In this document: piece by piece, positions 39,266 to 52,255 of the stretch
Numbering within the stretch: the stretch's first letter is position 1
Layout: each line of letters opens with the position of its first letter
Origin: Octopus sinensis
Taxonomy: Eukaryota
DNA: 64,000 nucleotides
Assembly: GCF_006345805.1 (NCBI RefSeq)
Contig: NC_043007.1
Coordinates: 45,694,001-45,758,000 of the forward strand
Direction: 5' to 3'
Position numbers and translations under genes: made by a program
The notes under the pieces: generated by a model
Database searches by the model: none
What the model was told of the DNA's origin: nothing
Seen by the model: the letters and a program-made list of their open reading frames with translations, nothing else

Positions 39266-41469
39266 TATTATTATTATTATTATTGTTATTATTGATTTGC
39301 ATTTATTATCAAACAAGACTAGAAATAAACCTTTTGATTCTTATTGTGGCATCTTGTACACTAAGAACCGTAATTTTCACTTAGTAAGCTTGACAAATAG
39401 TATTTTTCAAAATCATTAATCATTGGAAGACTTTGCTCAAAATATCTACCGCCATACTTTCGAATCAACGAAGGGTTGTTGTGTGGTTGATCAAATTCTG
39501 AGAAATAAAATCAAAATCTCGATTGAAATTACGCTCTGCTCTTTTGCAACTGGGAGATCATCCTTACTACGTCGTCACTGATAAACAGAAAGTGAGAACC
39601 ATCATCCGTCGCGTGCCTGATCATTGACTGGTCTGTGCTCCAACAACTGATCTAGATCTAACAATAACTATAGAGTTCAGTCGCAAATTAAACTGTAGTT
39701 TATCACGTAAAGGTGAATGAAACGCATCATCTGATCAAATCATAAATCAAAATATACTAAATATAAAACAGAGGTTTCATGGTAAAATGTAGATGACAAG
39801 AAATGTGAAGACGTCGTGAGCAGAGGTATCAGCGGTCTAATCCTGAATGAATGTTTCTGTACGATTGATGAGTAAAAAAAAAAAAAGGCTTAATTTGGCT
39901 TAGAAATCGCATAGCAATTATGGATTTCTGCTGTCGGCTCTCTAACATAAAACATCATGATATAATAAACAATTATAATACTAGTAAAACGGCAACAAAT
40001 AACTAAGCTTTATTAGCATTCAAGAAAATAGTCCAGAAAAACAATGGGGAATCCTTTTAAAGTCATTGCACACTAAATTCATCGTAATTACATGTCCATG
40101 TACCTATTAATTATTTATCCACGAAAAAGAGCGCCTACAGAATCGAGCCCGCCTTTATGAATATTATGTAAGCCTTTGCACAGCACCAAAATGTATCCCT
40201 CGGCCGTTCCCATCCCTTTCACAAAGTTGTCTTTGGACATCCCGTGGCCTTGTCCTCCTTAAAAAATCTTATTCTATGCATTTTTCTCATTGGTGAAAAA
40301 AACAGGTCTTTCGAAAAACTATAAGTAATCCATCTTTTTAACATCACATAGCCTACAGAACACCTGGAAATGATACTTAGCAGTTTTGATATTGCATTGG
40401 ATAGTATGAGGACACTGGCAAAATGTATGGTCTACCTTTGAATATCTGTAATAACTGAAGTACATATATATCTATAAAGCATACGGCATTGGGGAACATT
40501 TTTATTTGAATGTTATTTGGCCATCTTCAACCCACAAGAACAAGCTGAGAAAAAGTCTTGATAGATATTTGATTCCTTAATGTCATACTCACCTTAACTC
40601 AAAACTAATCGTAGTCGAAACACAATTCTATTTCAAGGACTACATGTAGACTCCGAGTTAAAACTCAAACAAAATACATTACACGGCAATTTCAAATGTC
40701 GAGAGTTGTTTGAAGAGAGATGAACCAATCAAAAGTGAACGTATAAATTGGCAATTGCTTAACCAGTAAATTAGAAATATATAAATTTAGAGTTTCACAC
40801 GCAATCCAATAATTGTTATTTATCACGCAATTCAAATATTTTTTTTAATTTACTTAGCTTCACTAGGAGTACTAAGAAAAACAGAATACATTAACAACGC
40901 TCAGTAACTAGTCGAAGGGCCCCAATAAAATAACAAGAAATGAAATGAAAAGCGTTAAAAAATACATTATAGAATCTAGTTAGTATATCTTGATTGTGAG
41001 TTATCACAAAACGCAAGAGAAATTACCGAGATAAAATACAATCAGAAAATCATAGAAGGCTTAGATAAAAAAAGAAAAGAAAAGAATCAGCTAAAAAGTT
41101 CAATTAAAAGAAATACCGGTAAAAGTTGATTAACCTAGGCTCTCCAAGATGCAACACAAAAGTGTTGCATTTCTGTGAAAAATACAAAGATATGAATACA
41201 ACAAAATATATGAATATAAAAAAATAGCCTGTAAAATTTTGCAATTTTCTGAGTTAATGTATGTTTACAATAGTCTGAAAAAGTATTACTGCATTTCAGA
41301 TATACTACACTCAGAAGAATAATTTCTCTACTTTTCGCCTTACAAATTTTTTTGTTATACACACACATACGCGCGCGCGCTCAATCACAAACACGTAACT
41401 CTCCATATCTCTCTCTCTCTCTCTCTCTTTTCTCTCCTTCTATCTTTCTTTATTTCTCTCTCTCTCTCT

Positions 41470-41528
<59 letters not shown>

Positions 41529-42797
41529 TATACATACACACACAGATTCACAAACACTGACACACGCACACATACATATGCCAATCTTTCTGCTTTGAGA
41601 TACACACATATATATATATATATATTATATATATAGATATATATATATATACATACATATATACATACTTTGTATATACATATATATATACATACACACA
41701 CACACACATATATATATATATACATTTATCGATAGCTTGATAGATACAGTGATGGATAGATATAGATACATAGATATATATATATAGTTAAAACGGGCAT
41801 CAAAATGTCTATGTATGTATGCATGTATCTATTTATCTATCTATGTATCTATCTAGCTATCTATCTACCTGTTTATCTATCTATTTATCTATCTATCTAC
41901 TTGTTTCCCGCTTTCTCTTTCTCAGTCTCTCTCTCTCTATCTGTACTCTATCTCCCACTCTCTTTCTCTCTCTCTCACTCTCTTTCTTTCTCTCTCTCTT
42001 TCACACACATACAATCATACATCATTAATCTGAGACGAGATATTGTTTTTCAATCACATCAGAAAAATATTGCAAAATAGACAGAAATCAAGACTTAATT
42101 TTTTTTTATCTTCGTTAAATATTTATATATTTTGTTCACTTATCAATAAGTATAATTAAGGATTTCATCAACATCTAATTAATTAACCTGACAGCTTCCC
42201 AATTCTGTAACCGTACCAACACTACACATTGTCTGTCCCGCCTTTTCTAACATTTCTTTAGTATAAACTCTCTCACAGTTCCTTTTATGCCAATGATCAT
42301 CTCATACGTTTTACTTTTGCACTTTTATGAATATAAGAAGTTCATTTACTTGCAAGTAGGTTCGTTATTTGTTTCAATATTTTCTATAATTTGTTATTGG
42401 CCAGAAGAAATTATTAATCAAATTAAAATGATTACGCTCTACCCACCTTGGTTTTTACTACAATTTTGATTTGATTGTTTCAGTTTAAAAAAATAAGAAA
42501 CACTGCCATACAGATATACACGGATAAACGTACATGCATGGACCAACAGTCTTATTCATCTTGCTATATATATCTATGCATGAGTTAAGCCGTGTGTATA
42601 TGCGCGTAATTACTTGAATGTATAACTACATCATTATTCATATGAACACACAACACACACAAATATCTAAATGCGCATATGTATACTTATATGTGCGTGC
42701 GTGTGTGTGTGTATGTGCGTGTTTGTGTGTGTGCACGTGTTTGTTTGTGTGTTGTGTATGTATGTATATATAAATACATACACATATTTATGTATAT

Positions 42798-42834
<37 letters not shown>

Positions 42835-43008
42835 ATGTATGTATGTGTATTAACATTTGATTTAGAACACTACAGAAAAGAAAAATATTTATTGCCATAT
42901 AAACTAACAACTCTACATCCTGTAAATAGCTTCATGCGTGCCAACGCACGAAACTTTGTGATCTTGAGTCACTGTCTTACTTCTACAAAATAAATAAATA
43001 AGCATATA

Positions 43009-43042
<34 letters not shown>

Positions 43043-43087
43043 CATATATATATAGGAAATCTAATTCTCGGCGACAACTATGATTGT

Positions 43088-43132
43088 CACACGCTGACGA
43101 GAGGTCAATACCTCGAAACTCGAGTCCGTGTG
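43088..43132 (+). ncRNA. Canonical minimal type I hammerhead ribozyme
   Basis: CACACG-CTGACGA-GAGGT caat ACCTC-GAAA-CTCGAG-TC^CGTGTG; every core base canonical; stem I extends TATGAT/ATCATA. Confidence 0.88.
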
Positions 43133-43678
43133 TATCATAAGTTGAAGACGGGAAGGATGACTTCCCTTTGCAAATACTGACAGGACACAGAAAGTGTGTC
43201 TATGGCCAGCTGGAGGAGTGTGTCCTCCTGGGGCTAAAAACTACAGTAGCATCCACCCTTAGGGGTAGCCATATTGAAATGGCAAATATACGTCACGATA
43301 TATATATATATATATATATACATACACATATATATATATATATATACATATGTACACACACACATACATATATATATTTACACTGCTATGATCCAGACAC
43401 ATGCCAATGCATGATAATCAGTTCCCAACATGGATCGCGTGTTCCATGATGTGGGAGAACAATGAACTCAAACAAAAAGGGAATGATCCCCAAAATATTC
43501 AATGCCAGTCCCTGCACATCTGGTTTTAAATCACAATGACCTCCTCATAGAGACATACTTTAAAAGAAGCTAAGGGTTATCTCACACCCCGTGGTCTTTC
43601 AGCACTGCGAACACCAGCCTGGCATTTCTGATAGTGCTAGATATGCGTTGAACTGACAACAGGTTTTGATTTTAATAC

Positions 43679-43714
43679 GGTTGAGTTTCCAGCAAATCTC
43701 CTCATCAGGCAACC
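43679..43714 (-). ncRNA. Degenerate hammerhead-like motif
   Basis: Minus GGTTGC-CTGATGA-GGAGATTTGCTG-GAAA-CT-CAACC; stem III/cleavage bases appear deleted. Confidence 0.3.
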
Positions 43715-43938
43715 CTAGTGCGGATGCGTCTTTAGATGCCGGCGACCTGCTCATGTAACAGTTTGTATTGGATTCCATGTTACCAGTACCACGCATGAGA
43801 TACCTCACAAAAAGGGTGTCGCGCGCGCACACACAGGTACACACACACACATATATATATATACATATACAGACATACAAATCCCCACACACATTACATA
43901 CATACATAGATATTTGTATATACCTGCATACATAGATA

Positions 43939-44003
<65 letters not shown>

Positions 44004-44004
44004 G

Positions 44005-44207
44005 TTATCAGGACGCCATGATAGATCGTTAGCTCCTACACGCATTTTTTCTCTCCTTGCTTTTTTGTGTATCTTTCTGTCGAAGCGCGTAGGCTCGGAA
44101 CGTAAAATACTTTTTCTATTTCTATTCTTGAGCGCTATACTAATACATTTATTTGTTTGTACTCCACCTGCCTTCGTCTTTTGTTTATTTTCGTAAACTT
44201 TCCCGTT
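44005..44207 (+). mobile_element. Short repeat with mutated hammerhead at 44074-44107
   Basis: TTT-CTGTCGA-A-GCGC gtag GCTC-GGAA-CG-TA-AAA; same layout as 57638-57671. Confidence 0.45.
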
Positions 44208-44212
44208 ATTTA

Positions 44213-45494
44213 TCAGGTTATCCAATAAGTTCAGTCCGAATTTTGAATAAACAAAACAAGTGATCAAATGTTATATTTGATTGAAATTTAATCATCAATA
44301 TACTTTCTCTGATTATATATGACTTCCTTCCATCTATTTACAAGCTTTTTAATCCCATCAATGTAAAACTTTTTTGCTTTCAAAGTGAAGAGCTCTGAAA
44401 TGTCAATTTCGACCTGCTCTTGGCTTGCGAAAGTTATGTCCCCCAAATGATTCTGTAAACTATGAAACAAATGGTGGCCTGAAGGAGTAAGGTCGGGAGA
44501 ATAAGGTGGATGAGGAATATTTTCCCAACCAAGCTCTTCGATTTTCTGTGATGTGATTTTGTAGTGTGGGGTCGTTGTCCTGATGAAACATCACTCATTT
44601 TCGATTGAATAAAACGGGTATTTTTTCTTCAAAGCTTGGTTCAAAGGCTCTAATTGTTGACAGCAAACTTGAGCATTGATTGTTGCATTAGGTGGTAACA
44701 ATTCACAGTGAATTACCCCTTACCAATCGCACCAGATAGAGAGAAAAATAATTTTCCCATGAATTTCCCTTCTCGGTTGTGGTTGAGCTTTTCCCCATTT
44801 ACCAAGCCACTGTTTACGACGTTTAACCTTTCAATAGAAGATCCATTTTTCGTCACTAGTGGCAAGTCTATCCAAAAAGGGTGAAATGAGTTCGCGAGAG
44901 TGGCGAGAAGAGCAGATGTCAACTCGGGATTTGCGGTTGCTTTCGGACAATTCATGAGGCACCTATTTTCCAAGCTTAGGAACCTTTCCAAGTTGTTTAA
45001 GATGACGATGAACAGTTGGAAGGTTTGAACTAAGCTTTATTGCTAATTCTTCAACTGATAATGCAGGATATTCTTCAAGTAATGCCTCAAGGAGCTTATC
45101 ATCAAACTCAAATGGACGTCCTGTTCGATCTTCATGTTCAAAGCTGAAATCATCACTTCTGAATTTTGCAACCCATCTTCTGCAAGTTCTTTCATTCAAG
45201 CATTCTTTCCCATAAACTGAGTGTATGTTTCGAGTCACTTCGGCTGCAGAGTTTCCTTTTTTGTACTCATACAGCATTATATACCTCAAATGCTATTTGG
45301 ATACTTCCATGTAAGAAAGGGTTTTAATCAAAGAAATTGTAATTCTATTATTCTGAAAAATAATATTTAATTAGTTCAAATGCACACAAATGCATTAAAG
45401 TAATTTTTAATTCCATTAGACATTCTAAAATACTATCAAATTTCATTCCTTTTAACAAAAGGTAAAATCGGACAGAACTTATGGGAATACCTGA
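44213..45494 (-). mobile_element. Full-length (~1.28 kb) mariner (DD34D) with disrupted transposase
   Basis: Imperfect TIRs TCAGGTTATCCAATAAGTTCAGTCCGA / TCGGACAGAACTTATGGGAATACCTGA; *VPHEL, TSDEKWIFY, FHQDN, PHPPYSPDL motifs; stops and frameshifts. Confidence 0.92.
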
Positions 45495-45684
45495 TTTCTA
45501 TACATATGTATGTATATATATATATAATATATATATATGTATATATGTACATATATAAACACACACATATATACATACATATATACAAATATATATATAT
45601 ATACATATATATGAATATATATATACGCTCATTCAAGTTTATTCATATGTATATATGTATATATATATATAATATATATATATA

Positions 45685-45715
<31 letters not shown>

Positions 45716-45779
45716 TTCATATATATACATGGATATTATATATATAATATATATGTATATATATATATAATTCCGAATT

Positions 45780-46170
45780 AATAATAAAATGGTAAAATTA
45801 ATCAATAAAATTAATTAATTAATCAATCAATCAATTAATTAATCAACTGATTAATAATTTTACCAAGTAGATCGGTACGTTAAAAGAACCTTTATAGGTA
45901 AAATTACAGAAATATTCTATAATTATAGACATAATTATAATTAGGGGTCAGAGACAAGTAAGTAATTTAAACACTTTAAACTCGAAACGCGTCTGTGGTT
46001 AATCGGAGTCGTGTTGATTCATTGTTTTTCTCCTTGCCTACGTAAAAAAGTGTGTTACTATGCTGGAGATTCTTACAGTGGTAGAAAAGGAATTTTTAAC
46101 TCCTATTTTTAAATTCAGTATGTGGTGAAGCAATTAGGTGACCCCTAATTATAATTATGCTTATAATTAT
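45780..46170. mobile_element. Relative of the 6955-7609 family with internal inversion and half-hammerhead
   Basis: 20-bp inverted repeat 45931-45950/46139-46158; GAAA-CGCG-TC-TGTGG at 45984-45998. Confidence 0.5.
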
Positions 46171-46709
46171 ACATACAAAATTCCGTGCAGCACGAAATTT
46201 TGTCAGTGAACAGGTCGAGGTTTCAAAGCGGCGAAAATATTTTGACAAATTAAATGACAGCCTGTATGTTTTTAAATGGCCTATAAACACCTTCCACGCT
46301 GCAATTGTTTTTGTTTCAGCATATGATCTCAGATTAGGTCAGTTGCTATGCAGGCACATCTCCATAAGATATATATATATATATTCACTTTTAATATTTT
46401 CACTATATATATATCATAAACATATTGAAAGTATTAGTAATGAAAATATTAAAACTGAAGCTATTATCTCACATTACTTACAATAGAGATGTTTTTGTTC
46501 AACGTTTAACACGTAATACTGAGACAATATAAGAGATTGCTCCGGGCTCGCATTAGGCAAGAAGTTGAAAGATTTTTGGCCTATGACACTGCATGAACCT
46601 GAAGCAGTAAATGTGTAAAATTTGAATAAATTTGGTTGGGCAGCTCTGGAGTTTTAGTGATGCACACATAAATACCCACAGACAGGCAGAGAGACACGCA
46701 CTTTCTCAG

Positions 46710-46796
<87 letters not shown>

Positions 46797-47413
46797 CATT
46801 TATGATGCGTGTGTCCAGTATTTTCATTATGTTACCTCGTTACATTTTCTTTGTGGAAACAAAGACACCCAGAAAGCCATAGCGAAATAACAGTCATCGA
46901 TAAAGGTGAAAAGACTAAATAATATTTCCTATTGTCAACTGAAATAAAGCAGTAGGTACAGAACGGCAAGTTAACGGTATACATTCTGCAGCAGTTTACG
47001 GAACATTAGCATGATATGTGCGTGATTGCGTGGATGGCCTGTGTGTGTCTTTATCTTTCTGAATATATTTTTACTGTCGTTGAGGAATTTTCATGTATAT
47101 GACTACTATCTATATCTAATGCTATAGCTGCCAAGCTATTTATCACTCTCTCTTTCCTTACGCATACACACAAAAACATACGCGCGCACACACACAGACA
47201 CATACATATATATGCATATATGTATTCATAATATATATACATAGATATATACGTTCATATATGTATATACATGTGTGTGTGTGCATCATTATATATACAT
47301 ATATATATGTATATATATATATACATATATATATACATACATATATATTCACATATATATATGCACATACGTACATATATATATGTATACATATATATAT
47401 ATATATATTCATA

Positions 47414-47444
<31 letters not shown>

Positions 47445-47779
47445 AGATATATATAGATATAGATATAGATAGATATATGTGTTTATATATATATATTTGT
47501 ATGTATATGTAAAGATTTATATGCATATGTACATATATATTAATATTTATTTTTGCTTCAAGTTATATTTAAAAAAGATCTAATGTTAAGCTAGATTTGT
47601 TTTAGTAGAATATTATTAAACGTTTCGCTTTATTAAACTTTTCATGGCAAAACTTGGCAATATCTTACAATCTCTGGCTTGTTCTTTCATGTTGGTTTCT
47701 GAGTGTATGTGTATGTTAGTATATCTGTGCTTTATTTTAAATGATCCAATGCAGAGTGCCTGGATTTTAACGTGTAAAG

Positions 47780-48340
47780 TCGCATTTATAGGTTACAGAA
47801 AACACGTAGATATTTTGATTCGATCTCTCTAGATTTACAGAGTATGAAATATAAATATGAAAGAGAAAATTGTGAAGGAGTACATTATAATGGTGAGGAA
47901 GTTAGTGAAGTCAAAGCTAAATGGTCCAAATCTAGTCAAGCTGTAAATACTTGGACAGTATCGTTACTTAGATTTTCAGCAGGTTTTGTATATTGGACAA
48001 AATTTGAATTAGCAAATCTAGTAAAAGAACCAGGAAGGAGTTCAATATAAATGGAATACTTCACCCGTGACCAGGAAGAGCAAATGTGTATTTACCTACA
48101 AAGGGAAGTGGTAGAAATTTGATATCAGTTGAAGCCGGTGTAGAGTTAGCTTGAGTAGATATAGCCGCCCCCTTTGTGATCAAAGTTTATTAAAAGCTGC
48201 TAGTGTAACCGTTGGAGAAACAGAAATCAAAAAGACGAAGGTAGTAAAAATCCAGAAAAAATGAGCAAGACTATAAGACTGGCAAGATGAGGCTTTGCAT
48301 TTAGTAATTTTGAAGGAAGTCGACAAAGATATTTTTATTT
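47780..48340 (+). pseudogene. R4/Dong-type LINE RT C-terminal fragment
   Basis: QAVNTWTVSLLRFSAGFVYWTKFELANL; RTRKEFNINGILHP..VYLPTKGSGRNLISVE; WQDEALH. Confidence 0.7.
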
Positions 48341-48658
48341 GCTGCGGACTATAACTGCGCTTGCACGGTGGATTTGAAATATTATATTGTATAAATATGA
48401 GACTGTGCTGTCTATTTGTCTGATAATTATACGTCAATTATAGCGCCCTTGCTGATGAAGAACACGGATAGAAAATTATTTTCTTTGTTCATTAATGTTC
48501 GAATCCTAGTTACAAGCGGTAACTATTGAAAATGCTTTTATTTTTCATCCTTTTCGAAATTACTCTTAACCGTGGTTTGGACTTTGACTGCTCCTTTTAG
48601 CATCTAAGGTGACCTGTTAGGATCATCTCTTTTGTGTATAAATGTACACTAACTCTAT

Positions 48659-48695
<37 letters not shown>

Positions 48696-48749
48696 AATAT
48701 ATGTATGTATATATATTTAAATGTACATATATATGTGCATATATATATG

Positions 48750-48805
<56 letters not shown>

Positions 48806-48847
48806 TATGTATGTATATATATTTAAATGTACATATATATGTGCATA

Positions 48848-48899
<52 letters not shown>

Positions 48900-48905
48900 A
48901 TATAT

Positions 48906-48941
<36 letters not shown>

Positions 48942-49259
48942 ATACAATATGTTACATTACTCGGTAGTCAAGATAAAACTCTGAGTTTCAGATGCCGAAG
49001 TGGAAATCCACAACACCATCTCTTCGGTTATCTGGCTATTTGAAAACGTTATGAAAAACTTCCTCTATTTACATAATATTGAGGTCTCTTTCTTTCTTTT
49101 GTTATCTTACCGTTTTATCAATATATATACATATATATATATACATACATATAAGGCTTCCTAAATATGTTCTAGATTGATAGAACACTTCCAGTAACTG
49201 ATGTGGTAATCAAAAGTAATAGTAAACGAGGTGAAGATGATGACGATAAAAGTAATAGT

Positions 49260-49770
49260 TTCAAATTGTTGCACAAGGCCGGCAATTAAGGGGAAGAATG
49301 TAAGTTGATTACATCGAACTCGGTGTTAAACTGGTACTTATTTTATCGACCCCGAAAGGTAAAAGGCAAGATCGATCACTGCAGGATTTGAAATCAGAAT
49401 ATAAACACAAATGAAATGCAGCTAAGTATTTTGCTGGCGTGCTAAGAATTCTATCAGCTCCCCAACTTAAAAGCGGCGAGCTGGCAGAAACGTTAGCACG
49501 CCGGGCAAAATGCGTAGCCGTATTTCGTCAGCCGTTTCGTTCTGAGTTCAAATTCCACCGAGGTCGACTTTGCCTTTCATCCTTTTGGGGTCGATAAATT
49601 AAGTACCAGTTACGCACTGGGGGCGATGTAATCGACTTAATCCGTTTGTCTATCCTTGTTGGTCCTCTCTGTGTTTAACCCTGTCAGAACTTGAACTAGG
49701 AGCGTGATGTCCGATTAAAGGCCGCTAATTACTTTGCTTGGCGTGCATAACGATCCTGCCAGCTCACCGC
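49260..49770. mobile_element. Three SINE copies in alternating orientation (-,+,-)
   Basis: Minus 49260-49466, plus 49473-49682 (near-identical to 1948-2180), minus head 49700-49770. Confidence 0.8.
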
Positions 49771-50089
49771 ACTACACTAATAATCAAACGATTTCATGAC
49801 TAGTGCTTGTTATAGGTCTGATTGATCAGAGGGACGAGGACAGACTCAAAACACCAACATTAATATCAAAAGCATGGCAGTAGTAATGAGGTGTAACTGT
49901 CTTTGTGATTAGTCATAGGTAAATCTTCAAGGAGCCAAAAGCTTAGTGAAATGTTTGCTTGTTAATGACAATAATACATTTTGCTAACGCGCACACAATA
50001 CACAAACACACTCATATATATGTATATAAACTATCTGCATCAACTTGCTACAAAAGCAGGCACTAATTTTACCTTGTTCTTATACTTAG

Positions 50090-51241
50090 TGCAAGTTTTG
50101 AAAAGTGCAGTTCGATTTCAACAGTTACGTTTTCAAACCTATAATGGAAGTGAAAAGTGTGCGTGTGTGAGGGGAGATTTTCGGCATATTATGCTTTATG
50201 GGTTCAATAAAGGCAACAAGGTAATAGAAAGGGCAAGGAATATCAATTCAATATATGGGGATCGCACAATAGGCGTAAGTCAGTGTCAACGGTGGCTCCA
50301 GAAATTCCGAGCTGGAAACTACAGCCTAGGAGACGAGTGTCGTCTTGGAAGATCTGTAGATCTAGACAAGTACGTCCTGCAAACCCTGCTGGAAAAAAAA
50401 TCCCACCGTAACTGTTGAGGAACTAGCAAAGAAGATCGGTCATTTAATCATTCATCGACACCTGCGTGCCGTCGGAAAAGTCAGTAAATTAGGTCAGTGT
50501 GTTCGTCACAAACTCTCCGAATCTAATCCTGTGCAGAGAGTGAATGTGTGCTCTTCTTTGCTGTCACATCTCACGAATGAATCCTTTTTGGGCTGCTTTT
50601 TGGACTGGTGACAAGAAATGGGTTCTCAATAAAAATGTCAAGGGCTTGAAGGCAGTAGTTAGTGAAAGGAGAAACGCCGGCATCCCAGGCTAAAGAAGGT
50701 CTTCACCCACGTAAGGTGTTGTTATCTGTTTGGTGGGATATGAAAGGTTTAGTCCACTTTGAACTTTTAAACCTAAACCAAACGCCAAAGGAGATCTACT
50801 GCGGGCAGCTTGAGCGACATAAGTCAGCGCTAGAAGTAAAGCTACCATCTTTCGTTCCAAGACGAAAGGTGTTCTTCCACCAGAATAATGTTCGGCCATA
50901 TACAGTAAGGATGACATCTCAAAGGCTGGAGTATTTCTAATGGGAAACGATGCCCCACCCACCATATTCGCCTGACATTGCCCCATATGATTATCATTTA
51001 TTCCGTAGTCTTCAAAATCACTTAGACGAAAAAAACATGAATTCTGTAGACGAGGTCAGAACAGTACTGGAGGAGTATTTTTCGTCACGGACAAGGGAAT
51101 TTTGGAAGAAGGGCATTGCAAGTCATCCGGATAGATGGAAGAATATTGTAGAAAACGAAGGAGAGTATATTCTTTTGATTAAAAAAAAACTTTGTTTATC
51201 TTGATTTTGAAAATTATAAATTGCATTATCTATGGGATAAC

Positions 51242-51247
<6 letters not shown>
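50090..51247 (+). mobile_element. Mariner (DD34D) pseudogene; 3' TIR present, 5' TIR not found
   Basis: FRHIMLYGFNKG HTH, TGDKKWV, HQNNVRPY, PHPPYSPDIAPYDYHLFRSLQNHL; ends ATCTATGGGATAACCCAATA. Confidence 0.9.
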
Positions 51248-51331
<84 letters not shown>

Positions 51332-51452
51332 ATTTAAATAAAAGGAATTCCGACCTTGTCTGATTTTCACGTTTTATTTACAATCTTATAATGATATAAG
51401 ATAATATAATAAAATAAAATAAAATAATAGAATGTTAAATGTTCATTCTGAT

Positions 51453-51497
51453 TGAACTAGTACTTTCATGCATTAAATTCTGCAATCTTCAGGTTCA
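51453..51497 (-). ncRNA. Type I hammerhead ribozyme (left arm, intact core)
   Basis: Minus TGAAC-CTGAAGA-T-TGCA gaatttaa TGCA-T-GAAA-GTAC-TA^GTTCA; palindromic stem III AGTACT. Confidence 0.75.
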
Positions 51498-51754
51498 TGT
51501 AGTAGTGGTGACAGTCATGCTTCACAATTTTTGACTGTAGCGAGATGATTGAATCTGTGCTTTAAATACAGTTGGGTAGGCTCCAGATGCTAGGTTTTGC
51601 AAACTGTATTCAGACCAATCAGTGTGTAGTATCACTCAATTACTTAAGCTGATTGGTTGGTTGAGCTGATTGGTTTAGGCGTCACGCTTTGTTGGACATG
51701 TCAAGAGTCCTGTATCTTGACATGGACTCTTGACATGTCCAACAATGCGTGACG

Positions 51755-51875
51755 CCTAAACCAATCAGCTCAACCAACCAATCAGCTTAAGTAATTGAGT
51801 GATACTACACACTGATTGGTCAGAATACAGTTTGCAAAACCTAGCATCTGGAGCCTACCCAACTGTATTTAAAGC
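51755..51875 (+). promoter_or_regulatory. Putative Pol II promoter in the palindrome arm (mirrored on the minus strand in the left arm)
   Basis: CCAATCAG at 51761 and 51778, reverse ATTGG at 51815, TATA-like TATTTAAA at 51866-51873; motif match only. Confidence 0.4.
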
Positions 51876-51936
51876 ACAGATTCAATCATCTCGCTACAGT
51901 CAAAAATTGTGAAGCATGACTGTCACCACTACTACA

Positions 51937-51981
51937 TGAACCTTAAGATTGCAGAATTTAATGCATGAAAGTACTAGTTCA
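51937..51981 (+). ncRNA. Hammerhead, right arm, core mutated (G5 to T)
   Basis: TGAAC-CTTAAGA-TTGCA..TGCAT-GAAA-GTAC-TA-GTTCA. Confidence 0.6.
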
Positions 51982-52143
51982 ATCAGAATGAACATTTAAC
52001 ATTCTATTATTTCATTTTATTTTATTATATTATCTTATATCATTATAATATTGTAAATAAAACGTGAAGATCAAACAAGGTCGGAATTCCTTTTATAAAT
52101 ATATTCTTCTATACACAATCATACACACCCGTATATATATATA

Positions 52144-52185
<42 letters not shown>

Positions 52186-52201
52186 CAAACACACACACAC
52201 T

Positions 52202-52255
<54 letters not shown>

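Larger units (their letters stand above)
51338..52096. repeat. ~760-bp palindrome: two 373-bp arms, 13-nt spacer, about 7 differences
   Basis: 51338-51710 is the reverse complement of 51724-52096; flanked by (AT)n on both sides. Confidence 0.95.

Noticed and set aside
39400-40800. Possible very old non-LTR RT remnant (similarly 2950-3460, 33400-34000, 59150-59750)
   Set aside because: Only faint motif resemblance; cannot be supported without a profile search.
43599-44267. Longest ORF in the track (222 aa) and the many YI/IY, CV, TH and IYLS ORFs
   Set aside because: They stay open only because (AT)n, (GT)n and (CTAT)n lack stops in some frames; no protein-like content.
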